Positions 1 through 12,369 of a stretch of 64,000 bases of DNA are shown here, piece by piece. The position numbers and the translations under genes were made by a program. The stretch is from positions 9,734,001 through 9,798,000 of the forward strand of contig CP158635.1 in assembly GCA_050273025.1 (NCBI GenBank), written 5' to 3'. Below the pieces are notes generated by a model. That model saw only the letters and a list, made by a program, of their open reading frames with translations. It did no database searches and was not told the origin of the DNA. Numbering within the stretch: position 1 is the first letter of the stretch; each line of letters starts with the position of its first letter. Source of the stretch: Cenococcum geophilum (Eukaryota).

Positions 1-660
1 TTTGGACGTTAGTAACCTACCGCTAGACACTTTATTGATTTTGCTAGCATAGTATTAGAGGATTTTGCTGTATGTTTTTTTGTTAATTATAAGTCCTTGC
101 TATAGCTTTGGACCACTTATTTATAATAAGTTCTTATTAGTTATAGTGGTTAAGTACTAACTAGATTTTGGATATAGCGCCGCTATTATAGTTAGGGACC
201 CTATATATTTATAAGCGGGTAAAAGCTTAATATAGAATAGTATGGAGTGACTTATAAAAACAGTGGAGTGGATAATGTATTAGATAATTAGTAATAATCT
301 AATAAGATAATCCTAATAGTTATAATAAGATAATCCTAATAGTTATAATAAGAAGGTGTACTGATAGTGTTAACTTAAGATAATAGCGGATACTAACGAG
401 AGTAATTTAAGAGTAATGTGAGAAATAGAACGGAATGTAAGTCTTAATATGAGAAGTAGGATAAGATATAAGCTTTAATATAGGTAGTAGAACGAAATAT
501 AAGACTTAGAGTAAGAAACGGAACGAAAGGTATATGGCAAGATAAGATATAAGATTTATGCTGCTGACTAAGTGAATGATAATAAGAGAGCTGATAATTC
601 TATTCTTTATATTGTAACTAGTTAGTAAAGTAGCTTTGGAAAGGTAGGGAAATAAGTTTA

Positions 661-981
661 GGATAATTTAAGATATTAAAAAATGTCTAAGATTGTACGA
701 AAAAGTGAAATATAATATAGCATTTTATTCTATAAGTGTAAGGTAAGGTAAAATATATAGTAGAGAGAGTTAGGGGGATAATTTAAGACATTATAAAAGG
801 TCTAAGATTGTACAAAAAAAAGTGAAATATAATATGGTATTTTATCCTATAAGCGCAAGATAAGGTAAAGTGTATGGTAGAGAGAGGTAGGGGGATGATT
901 TAAGATATTATAAAAAGTCTAAGATTATACGAAACAAAGTGAAATATAATATGGTATTTTATCCTATAAGCGTAAGATAAG
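661..981. repeat. Tandem repeat, ~117-bp unit, ~2.7 copies
   Basis: AGTGAAATATAATAT recurs at 704, 821 and 938. The flanking TCTAAGATT.TAC and GTAGAGAGAG.TAGGGGGAT blocks are also repeated. Confidence 0.85.
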
Positions 982-2487
982 GCTTTAGGATACCCTTTCA
1001 CCTAAAGTATAACCTATTTTTAAGCTATGTTACTAATAAAGCAACTTTTTTTTAGGTAAGCTGTTACGTCTACTATATAAGCAACCTAAAACTAGTATCC
1101 TAGATCCTACTTATAGCTACTACGCCTTATATTAAAGATATTTGCTAGACTTATTTACATATAGGTCCTGTAGTCCGAATTGTATGTTAAGCTATCTATA
1201 ATATAGCTATTGTTACTCTAGCCCTATAACACCGTACTCTTATTTATGCGCCTTTTTCTTCTATTTTCTGCTATTGTCCGCTTAATCTTTTAAACTTCTA
1301 TAGCCGCCTAAACTAATACTGTAGCCTCTTTATCTTTAAAAATACAATTATATTAAGCTTGGCTTAGCCTTAATTTCTCTTTAAAAACACGGCTATATTA
1401 AGCTTGCCTTGGCCTTAATTTCTCTAAATATATACTGCCTAGAAATATATCCCACCTTATATAACTACTATAAGCTCTACCTATAATATGGCGTCTAGTG
1501 CCCTAGCGCGGAGTAGGCTCTTTTAAAAGCCGTATTATAATGCCTTCTAGAGACTAGACACCTAAAGCTTCTTTAGCTGCTGTAAATGAGGGAGATGCTA
1601 ATATATAGATTGACGGTGGCATACTAGGTAGAGATGGCCCTAATCTTTATAAGTTGGGGTGGGATGTTAAGGTTAAGCTGGCTGATTTATAGACTAACCT
1701 AAATAACGCGTTCTTTTCTGCTAAATTATTTAAAGAGCTCTAACTGTATTTTAGCTCTCTGTACCCTGGTAGTGTGTGGGCTTATACTAATATGTTTATT
1801 TAATAGGAAACCGGAGGTGTTAAAAGGAATTCTAGAAATAAACTTTTGAAAGCCGTTAAAGATAAGTAGTTAGCCTGTAAGATATAGGCTTTCTATTTAG
1901 TTACTTCGCGGGCTTTAAATTATCTATATTGTTGCTGATACTTGTTATCTGGCCTAACCCTCTGGCGTTACCCTAATAATAAATGTAAGACTTCCGGGCG
2001 GCAGCTTAAGTTGGATATTAGTTAGAACTCTGTATACTTAAGACCGGATATTATAGTTCTAAGTGCTAACTTATTTAGTTATCTTAACTTAACTAGCACT
2101 ACCTTTAATCCTCCCTTTTTTCTTGTTACGGCTTATATAGAAATAACGGAATCCGTAGGTCTGGATAGCTCTATAATATTAGTGGTAAATAATATCTTTG
2201 CCGTAGCTGTGGTCCTATAGCTATCGCCTAAGAATACTGTATATTGTTGTTTAGACGGATAAAGGTTTTTTGGGTACTATTGAGTCTTTAGTTTATAGTT
2301 TGGCTACTTTAGACTTTTTTAAGTCCTTAAACTCGGTGTTAAGCTCGGTGTTAAGCTGGTTATACTTACGCTTTAGCGTCTAGTTTGGTTGCCTTGGACT
2401 CTTAAGTCCTTGAACTTGGTATTAAGCTGGTTATACTTGCGCTTTAGCATAACTAGTTCTGGCGAGAAAATGAGAGGTATACTCTTA

Positions 2488-2938
2488 TTGTGGTTTTCTT
2501 ATCTATTACAACTCGCTTCTAGATAAGTCCCCCTAATATTAAAAAATACACCCCCTATAGCCCTACTAATATAGCCCTATATTTTATAAATAAGAGGCCT
2601 ATTTTATAGCTCTATTCTAGCGCAATAAAATAAGCCCTTATTTATATAAATTGGACCAATATTAGTGGAATTATATGGGGTGCTTTATAACTTAAATTGA
2701 GGCTCTGCACTAACTAATCTAACCCCTCTACCCTAAAAATAAGTACCCTATATAATTCCACTAATATTGGTCCAATTTATATAAATAAGGGCTTATTTTA
2801 TTGCGCTAGAATAGAGCTATAAAATAGGCCTCTTATTTATAAAATATAGGGCTATATTAGTAGGGCTATAGGGGGTGTATTTTTTAATGTTGGGGGGACT
2901 TATCTGGAAGCGAGTTGTAGTAGATAAGAAAACCACAA
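2488..2938. mobile_element. Foldback/MITE with ~200-bp terminal inverted repeats, flanked by TA (Tc1/mariner-type target site)
   Basis: 2486 TATTGTGGTTTTCTTATCTA... is the reverse complement of ...TAGATAAGAAAACCACAATA ending at 2940. The arms (~2488-2690 and ~2740-2938) are near-perfect inverted copies around a ~50-bp spacer. Confidence 0.85.
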
Positions 2939-3499
2939 TAGCAGCCATAAAGCTAAGCCACTTAGATTAAATACTGGCAATTAACCGTTAGTACTATAAT
3001 ACGTACTCTTTATACCTGGAAATAATACCATATTGTTTAATATATAATTAGCGATAATACAGCGGAGCTGTCTATGGTGTTCTTATACCCCTAAGAGTTA
3101 CGGCGGCCTTTACTGATACCTATGGTGCTATAAAAGGCGGCTGCCTAGCTATTAATACGTCTATAAAAAAGTACGCGAAGAGAGATATAACACTTACACG
3201 TTTATTGCGGCCCGACTACTTATAATTCGCGATTAATTCTACCACTCTAACTGGTTAGATAACGCGTAATTATAACTAGACGGTATAAATACGGATACTA
3301 ATAAGTACGCTCCGGTGGCGGTAGAATATAAGCAGAATGCCTACCTAGTGCCTCTGTGCGGTATACCATATTAGAAAAGCGTCCTATTGTTATTATTATT
3401 ACTTAGAGTAGAGATATTTGAAGTAACTGAGAATATAAAGGCGGGTGAACTAATTTCGTGCGAGACCGATAATAATGTATAGTAAGTTAACTAGATAAT

Positions 3500-6200
3500 T
3501 TTAGATATTACTATATAATAATACGATAATAGCCAAAGTATACTATATAATCCTTTTCATTCAGAGTTTAATTACGCCTTTTTAATATGGCTGTACCGCA
3601 TTTGCTATATAAAGGGAGACGTTAACGCACTGCTTAAAGACACCCGCCTTAGCCTACTTTATAGCCTGCTTAGCTTCTAATCTGTAAATTAATAGGACGA
3701 ACTAATTACTGCTATTTTATTTAGTATATAAGACGAATAATGGCTCCGATTAGAGTGTAAGGTGGAATTAAATATTAAAGGCTCTAAGTAGAGGAAATAC
3801 TATATTTTTTACTAAGATATTATAAATATAATTGCCTTTCTAATTGGCCATTAACCCTTTAAAGATGCACTGGTATATATACTAAAGAGACTCTATAATG
3901 CCGATAACTACTAAGTCTATAATAAGCTATATAGCAGTAACTAGTGGTGGGAGATATAAGGTAAGATTCCTAGTGGTGCTATAGTAGTTCCTATACTTAT
4001 AGCAGTTGATAAGACCTAGCTAATAATGCACTATAGTAACAAATTGGCCTGGCCGGTATATCTTACTATTAGTAATCTTAACCAACAAGTTTGACGCTAA
4101 TAGATATCCCCTGTAAATATTCTTGTTGGTTTTATGCTAGTTATTAAAGAAAAGGATAATAATATAAAAAGTAAAGCATATTATAAGGCGATGAGAACTA
4201 TACTTAAACGTAAGTCCTGCTTTAGTATTCTAACGCTATATTCTATAAACTAAAATATAATAGTAATTGAGTATCTTGTAGAAAGCGGTATAGACCTTTA
4301 ATATACGGATAATTTTGTGCGATAATGTTATCTAATTATATGTGGAATAATGGCAGACTATAAAGAATAAGTGCTGCTTATAGGTGTTAAAAGCCGATAG
4401 CACTGTACTATGTGCTAGGTCCCCCCTTTAAAGTATAAGAACTTAACTAAGAAACAATACCCACCACACACCTATAAGGAGATGAGAAGATAGATTAAAC
4501 GCTAGTAATTAGAGAATATTCTTCCATCCTTGGACAACTGGGTATACCCGGTAGAATATTTTACGTGGCACTATTGCCTATTTAATATCTATAAGGGTAT
4601 AATGGTAGATGTTCTATATCAGCTTCTAAAGGGTATTATTATATAACTTATTAAATAGGTACGGAAACTGGTAGGTAATGTCGTCTAGCTAAAAAGAAAG
4701 AGAAGAGGGATAAAGATAATTATAATAAATATGTCTGCGGAGGCTTAGCTTGATTAGCGTTTTAGATAAGTCTTAGCTTTTACGGGGCTAAAACGGTTTA
4801 ATAATCTGTTATTTAGTAAAGTTACTTAATGGACAGGTGATGAATAAAAAGCTATAGTTCGTTAACTTGTCGCTGTGCTAGCCCCACTGCTGTCGTCTAG
4901 GGAACTATATACTATGCATTTTATAAGAGCCGTATATAACTTTGTTATTATAGCTTAGTATTGCACCTATAATGAGGAGACACTATGATATATGTACTAC
5001 GCCCTATATTGAATTGATATGCTTAAAGGCGTGTTTTAAAGTTTCCGTTTAAAGGTAAAGGATTCTAATATGGGCCATTTTAATATACTAAAATTCCATG
5101 CCCTTATATATTTTAAGGAAAATATCCGCCTATACGGATGCGCAGATGGGTACTATACTGGAAATAGTGAAGCTGGACACTGTTATATTGTTAAGGCGTT
5201 TTATAACTTAATAAATAAACGGGATTTGCTATCTTAAATCTACTCTTATAATTTAAGACGGGTAGTAGTACTAGCAATAGAAGACGAAATAGCTTTTATA
5301 AATAGTGATTCTGTACTATAGTCTTCTTAGCGTCTAGAGGTATAGGTTACTTAACTAATATAGTATTTGGCAGTTGTAAAGCTTCGGTAGCCTTTAGAAG
5401 ATATAGATGGGGTAATGGATCTTATCTAGAGGCGTTTTAGGTTAAAGACGTGGCTTTATATATCTTATATAGCAAACTGCTGCGAAATCCTAGGGTTTCT
5501 AGACGGTATTACGGTATTTGTTTAAGAGTATAGGCGAAAACTATAAGGCGAACGTGCCTAGAACTCCAATATGGACCGGAAAGAGAAGGATCCTTTATGG
5601 GTTAAGCGCCTGCTTATTAAAATACATCTATCTATCCGCTGTTGGAAATAAGATGGAAAAAATATAACTGACCTTAAGGCCTAAATTAGTAAGGTAGTAC
5701 GTTGCGTACTAGATTGGTAATATTTTAACTAGTGGAGGCATAATTACGTATGGGTCCAAGAGTATATGGATAATAATAACTGTATTGGAAAGGGCCGCAC
5801 ACCGTTAGGTAGAAGACTTATAGGCTAGCTTTAGCTAATTGTTACTGTTCTAGATATTAAAAGGTTAGATAAGTATGGTGTATACGTGTAGTATACTAGA
5901 GCTATGGTAGAGCTGTTTTAGCTATTGAATTATAGACTGCCGCATCTAATACACGGCATGGTTGAGGTGAAAAGGTGGCCGCGCTTAAGTGTAAATACTA
6001 GGTAAGTACTTGGAGGTGGTCGCTTTTATTTAATGCTATCTATTCTATAAAGCGCGTATATTGTTTTAGCCGCTACTTCTTGTCCAGATTTGTACTATGT
6101 TAATAATTATATTGATTGGGACTAATATAATACTCTATACTTAGATAACTTTCTTAAAGAAGGAACTTGCATCGCGTTATTATATAGAAGCTAGAATAAA
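3500..6200 (+). pseudogene. RIP-inactivated Plavaka-family transposase
   Basis: De-RIPed translation gives WWWETQ..IP.GATVVPILIAxDKTQL...AWPVYLTIGNL (~3940-4080), ADYEEQVLLTGVKS..CxxC (~4350-4420), DVLHQLLKG (~4610), LDQRF..V..F.GLKRF...WTGDEQK (~4750-4850) and HFNIPKFHAL (~5075). These are motifs of the Plavaka transposase family (PF18759). Probable intron at ~4210-4263. Confidence 0.85.
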
Positions 6201-6598
6201 TAGGAAAAGTAGTTAAGCTAGTATAGAACCTATAATATATAATATAGTAATAAAACTATATAAGACTATATGGGACTGTATAAGATTGTATAATATTATA
6301 TAAAAATATTTTAATCCTAATATATAATATATTATAAGCTAGCAAACTACAGGCTAAGAAAATAGTAAAAATTTATTTGCGCAATTGGCATATAACTTTA
6401 AAATAATATATTATATTACCTTAATTGCATGTTAAGGAATATGCAGTTGGCTTTTAAAGTTGTTAAGTTAGTTAATTACATGTTATTTGACTTTTAATGT
6501 GTCAAGTTGGTTGTTAAGTTGGTTAATTGCATGTTAATTACGCGAAACGCGCTTAACAAACTCAACTTGAAACCTTGCCTGCGAATATTTTCCCGATA

Positions 6599-9500
6599 AT
6601 GCCTTAATAGGGACTTCCTTAACCTTAATTGCTATTACCTTTATCTATTATTAAAACTCTATAGATAAGAAGTTCTTTCCTATATTATAAACGATTTAAT
6701 TAAGGGGTTCTAGGTAGATATTAATCTAGTATAATTAAAGGGTATTCTATGCGTTTCTAGCTAATATATCCTTTAAAAAACGTGCGGCTTAGAAGGAAGT
6801 TAAGAAGTTAATAACTTAGAGTACTAGCTTGCCGCTAAGATATATAATGTTAACGATAATATAGAAGTTAAAGTTGTAGTTATTTTTAAGGGTAAACTTA
6901 AATCGGCTAGGGGACTTCTGGTTTATTTAGTAGTAATAGTAGTATTTTATAAGATGCTTAATTGCCTTAACCTTAACTTTATAGCCTACTTGCTAAAGAA
7001 CCCTAAGTAATTAATAAACGGATAGGTGGCTAAAACAATAGTGTAATTGGCGTAACTTTAACTTAGTTAAGTAGCTTTAAGTAATACTCTTTTCTAATTA
7101 GTAAAGGAGCAACTAGGGGTAACCCTACTTATATATAATAGGCACCCGATTATCTCCTTAAATAAGTACATTCTTAAGGTTATTAAGCTTAACGTCTAAT
7201 TTATTTATATCTCTAATGTAAAATAAAAACGGGGTATTTATAGGAATAACGTAAAAAGTAATATACCCTAAGGGGGTTTAGACCCTAATTATGCTAAGGA
7301 AAATTATAGTGCCCTTTTTAAAACAAATTATATATTAGTCTACCGTTAATTAGTTAATCTAAATAGAGCTATTAAGCTACTAAAGAGCTTAAACTTAAGG
7401 TTCTCCTATTATAGATACTTCTATAGCTCTAGTATCTGGCATAATACTATAGAAGACGTTTACTAAGTATTTATTATTAAAGGAGAATATAGAGCTTTCC
7501 TTTAGCTTATTAAAGATATCTAACTTTATAATAAAATAGAGTGTAGATTAGTCATTAAAAACAGTAATGGTTTGTATACTATTTACCTTACTATACTTAG
7601 TAAAGTATTGGTTGGGAGAGTAGTCCTTAATTTCTATATTTATAAGGAGTTGTTTAGCCTCGTTAACCTTATCCTTAAGGTCTTTTACGCCTTTATATTA
7701 AACTAGAAAGCTTTAAAAGTAGGCTATAGTAACCTTATAATTTTTAATATTTCTTATACTTTATTAAAACTTATTATATACCTCCTTTTGCTTATTAAGA
7801 GAGTACCTAGTTAACTAGCAATTTGGCTTCTTATAAATATAGCACTTTTTTTAATAATTACTCTAAAATAAACCTCTATAAGGACCTCTATAATTACTTT
7901 ATAGTTAATATTAATTATACCCTTTACCGTATCCCTAACTCCGGCCACCATATATTTAATTAGTTTAGTTATAATTATATTAGTCTAGAATCCCAGTTTA
8001 AATAGGGTTTTTAATATAAAATTATTAGGATTTTTATATTTATATTATAGTACCTATAGCGGAGCGTAGTTTAATATATACTCCTTTAAATATATCTATA
8101 GGTTTATATAGCGCTAAGTTATACTTAGGAACGCTATAGTAGGCTAAGATAACCTAGTCCCTTAGACTATTTTTATTTTAGTAGGTTTTAGTAAAACTAC
8201 GTTAGATTTTCTAAAGTTTATTAAAGAGTAGTTAAAGATACTCTAGATAAGTCTTTATTAGGTTAAAAGTAATAACTCTCTAAAATATAGTCTCCCGCTA
8301 TTTAGATATATAGAGTTAGCGATTTTTATTAGTCTTAAAGTAGGCTCTAGTAAGCTAAAGTATTATATTAAAGCTATAGTTTCTACCTATAATATGGTCG
8401 TAATAGAATATTACTACCTATCCCTTTAATATAATAGAGAAAGCGTAGTAGTACTAGTGGCATTAAATTCTAACCTTATTATAACAGTTATAGAAGACCT
8501 ATAGTTTTACTCTAAGTATATTATATAATTCTCCTCTAAACTTCTTCTCTTTATCTAAATATACCTTTATTAAATTCGTAACTTCTTATAATAAAGGCTT
8601 ACTAGTTAGCTAAAGTAGAGAAGCTAAAGGTAGTAAAGGTAGAGGAAGAGTACCTCTAGGTAAGAAAGCACCTTTAGGTAAGAGAGTATCCCTAGGTAGA
8701 AGAGTAGTGTTTTAGGGGGTTCGTTCTAAATTAAAGTTGCTTTTTAAAGAATATAGGTTAGTTCTAGGTTTCCGTAGTTAATGTATAATCTTAGCTTCCG
8801 TCTATACTGGTTTTTCTATACTAATAATAACGGCCTAAATATTACTAGCAATTAGGTTACTATTCTTAGTAATATATACCCTATTCCTATAAAGGAAGTC
8901 TTAAAAGTTCTAAACAATATTAATATTGCTAAGTACTTAGGTATTAGCAGTCCATCTTATAAAATCCTCCCTAAAATATTCCTATAGCTATAAATTGGTA
9001 TAGTATCTACTTTAGTAAAATATAATATGGTGTAGGAAAAAGCTATTAACTTATTTTGCGGTATAAGTTGTTATATTAAAGGTAAATTCATCCTAATTTT
9101 TATTAATAAGTTTCGCGTATAAAGTTACCCCTAGTAGTAAGGAGTCTTCCTAGTTGTTTAAGGTAGGCGTAGCCATGTTTTTAGGGGGAGGGAAGTATTA
9201 TTAGGGTAGGGATTGTCGTTTAGTACGCGTTCGTTGTTTAGTACGCGTTTGTGACATATATTTATAATTATAGGGCTTAAGACCAGTTCTAGCCTTAAAT
9301 CGCAAAGACTTATAACGCGTATTATTCTGCGTAATAGACGCAAAAATCTATAATCTGGGAAAGGCTTAGGACTAGTTCTAGCCTTTAAATCCTTAGATTT
9401 ATAGAAGAGTTCTATTTAAGGTTTAGAACCAGTTCTAACCTTAAAAGACAGCTTCCTTTAGCACGAGTAGCACTAGTATAGTAGCTTGTCTCTTCTTAGT

Positions 9501-9722
9501 GGAATACCTAGCTGTTCTATAGTATAATAGTAAAGTTAACCACTAATTAGTGTTGGTTTTATAAGGTAATATCACGTATCTATAGGTTGTAGGTAGTATA
9601 ATGGTTGTTATTCTTCTTAATAATTAAGGACGAAGGGCTTAAGGCTCTTCGCCACGCTAGTGTCGCGGTGACACGTGACGGCAACTTACCTTATATGGCG
9701 GCAATTTGCCTTATTCCTAATA
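6599..9722 (-). mobile_element. Ty1/copia retrotransposon, 5' part (LTR, gag, start of integrase), RIP-mutated; same family as 51258-59671
   Basis: Reverse complement of ~51258-54395. LTR at 9551-9722 (TGTTGG...TTCCTAATA). Confidence 0.9.
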
Positions 9723-12369
9723 GAAGGACTTTACTTATAAAAGTAGAATAAATAGTAATATAGATAACTTCTAAATTGCGGAGATCCGGCCAATATAAAA
9801 GAGGACGTACTAATAGGATATAAAGGATAACCTTTAGAAAATACAATAAAAGCTAAAGGGAGTAAGAATAACGCTAATATACTAAAAGCCCCTAAGGCTA
9901 CGGGCACCCCTACTATTATATAACACCCCTATAGTAGATATTGCGGTAATTAGTACTATAGGTTTCTACTTTAATATATATTAGAAGGATAATAAGGTCT
10001 TTATAACTAGCTTATAGAAAATTAACCAGATTATTAATAAGAAGGAAGAAGGGCTAGTAGAGAAAACTAACAAGGAACTAGTTAAGCGCCTCCTCCTTAC
10101 TTACTTCTTAGACTATAGAGATATGTTCTTAAAAGCAGCTTTAGATATACTACCCCCTTACTAAACCTACTATTATAAGATTTAATTAGAGGCTAATAAC
10201 TCTCTAGGCTATAGCCTCCTTTACTAGCAAACTATAAAGAAACTAAAAGCTATAAAATAGTACTTAATTAATAACCTCTATAAAGGGTTTATTAAACTAA
10301 ATTAGGCCCCTTTTACTTCCCCTATTTTATTTATAAAGAAACCTAATAAAGGCCTTTATTTTTATATTAACTATTAAAAACTATACACTATTACCTAGAA
10401 AGATTATTACCCTCTCCCCCTAATTAATAAGACCCTTATATATCTAAGCCAGGCTAAAATCTTTACTAAGCTTAATATCCGCTAAGCTTTCTACTAAATT
10501 AGGATAAATCCTATATTAAAAGATCTAACGACGTTCTATACCTATTATGGTTTTTATAAATATAAAGTTCTTTCCTTTAGACTAATAAATAGGCTAGCTA
10601 CGTACTAACGGTATATAAATAACGTTCTTTTTAATTACCTTAATAAATTCTACATGGCATATTTAGACAATATTCTTATATACTTAGATAATAAACTTAA
10701 GCACCAAGTTTATATTAAAAAGGTTTTAGAGAAACTGCGGAATATAAGTCTATAGATTAATATTAAAAATATATATATTTAGAGTAAAACGTATAAAGTA
10801 CCTTAGGTTTATTATTAGTATAAAAGGAATTAAAGTTAATCCTAAAAAGGTTAAGGCAATCTATAACTAGAAACCCCCTTATACTATAAAAGGGATCCAG
10901 TTCTTTCTTGGCTTTTATAATTTCTATTATTAGTTTATCTATAACTATAGGGTTATAGCTTAGCCTCTTATACAACTAACTAAGAATAATATGCCTCTTA
11001 TTTTAATGGTAACTATATAGAAGCCTTTAAGGAGTTAAAGGACCGACTTATCTCCTCCCTAATTCTCTATCACTATAACCTAGACCTTAAATTAATACTA
11101 GAAACGGACGCCTCTAATAAAGTAGTAGCGGGAGTTCTCTTACAGATATACCTAGATAGCGAGTAGTATCCTATTATATTCTTCTTAAAGATAATAACCT
11201 TAGCTAAGTATAACTATAAGGTGTATAATAAGGAAATACTAGCTATTATATAATTATTATTCTAATAGTACGTAAAGCTTAAAAGCACAGACTTTTAAAT
11301 TAAGGTCTACACTAATTATAAAGCCCTTAAGTATTTTATAATAATAAAGCAGCTTACTGGCCAATAGGCCTAGTAGGCTAAAATACTCTCCTAATTCTTC
11401 TTTACAATTATTTAGAAATAGAAAACGGACTGCTCTTATATTAAGAACGGCTTATAGTTCTAAATGTTAATAACCTATAAATAAAGCTAATCCGTAAAGC
11501 CTACTGTTAAGTCTTTATAGCATACCCTAGTTAAGATAAAACCCACTAACTACTAGCGCCTTATTACTATTAGTAAGGACTTTTATCAAATATAGAACAA
11601 TTTATTAGAAATTATTATACTTATAAACATATAAATACCCCTAGGGATTAAACTCCTAAATAGTTATAACTACTACCATTTCCTAAACGCCCTTAGTAAT
11701 ATATTATAATAGACTTTAAATTATTTCTAAAAGATAACCACGGCTAGAATATAGCCTTTATAATAATTAACTAACTAAATAAGTAAGCTATTTCCCTTCC
11801 TTACTTTAAGACTATAACTATAAAGAATATAGTCTATATATATATTAACAATATCTACTAGATTTATAGCGCTTCTAAGTTAATTATCTTTAACTATAAA
11901 CTCTAATTTATATTAGATTTCTAGGATAAATTTTACTATATCCTTAGAATTTAAATTAAGCTCTCTACTATATTCTACCCTTAGACTAATAGCTAAACCA
12001 AGATTATAAACCAGTATCTTAACTAGCGACTTCGCCCCTTTATTAACTACTACTAAAATAACTAGTTGGAACTACTACCTATAATAAACTATACATAGCT
12101 TACTCTCCTTTATAATAGTATAGTAATATTACTATTTAAGTTACTCTATAGATATAAGCCATAAATATCCTTTAATTAGGATAGACCTATAGAACCTATA
12201 ACGGCCCGTAAACGCCATAGCTATAAAGAGGCCTAGATATTTACTAAGAGAATATATAAAGCCTAAGAGACTGCTTAAGTAATTATAAAAAGGGTATAAG
12301 AGAAGAAAGAGGCTAATATAAATTAATATTGTTATAAGGTAGACTTCTAAGTAGGAGATAAAGTATAGT

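Larger units (their letters stand above)
1..6598 (+). mobile_element. Plavaka-type DNA transposon; left end not resolved, right end near 6598
   Basis: Contains the transposase. Short subterminal repeats (TTAATTGCATGTTA / GTTAAGTTGGTT) lie at 6420-6540. The sequence switches abruptly into copia integrase at ~6599. Whether 1-2480 belongs to this element is inference. Confidence 0.5.

Noticed and set aside
9158..9343. Small conserved protein (near-identical ORF at 51634-51837)
   Set aside because: Both ORFs come from the same copia 5' region, have non-ATG starts and contain 18-bp repeats. The similarity reflects TE copies, not a host gene.
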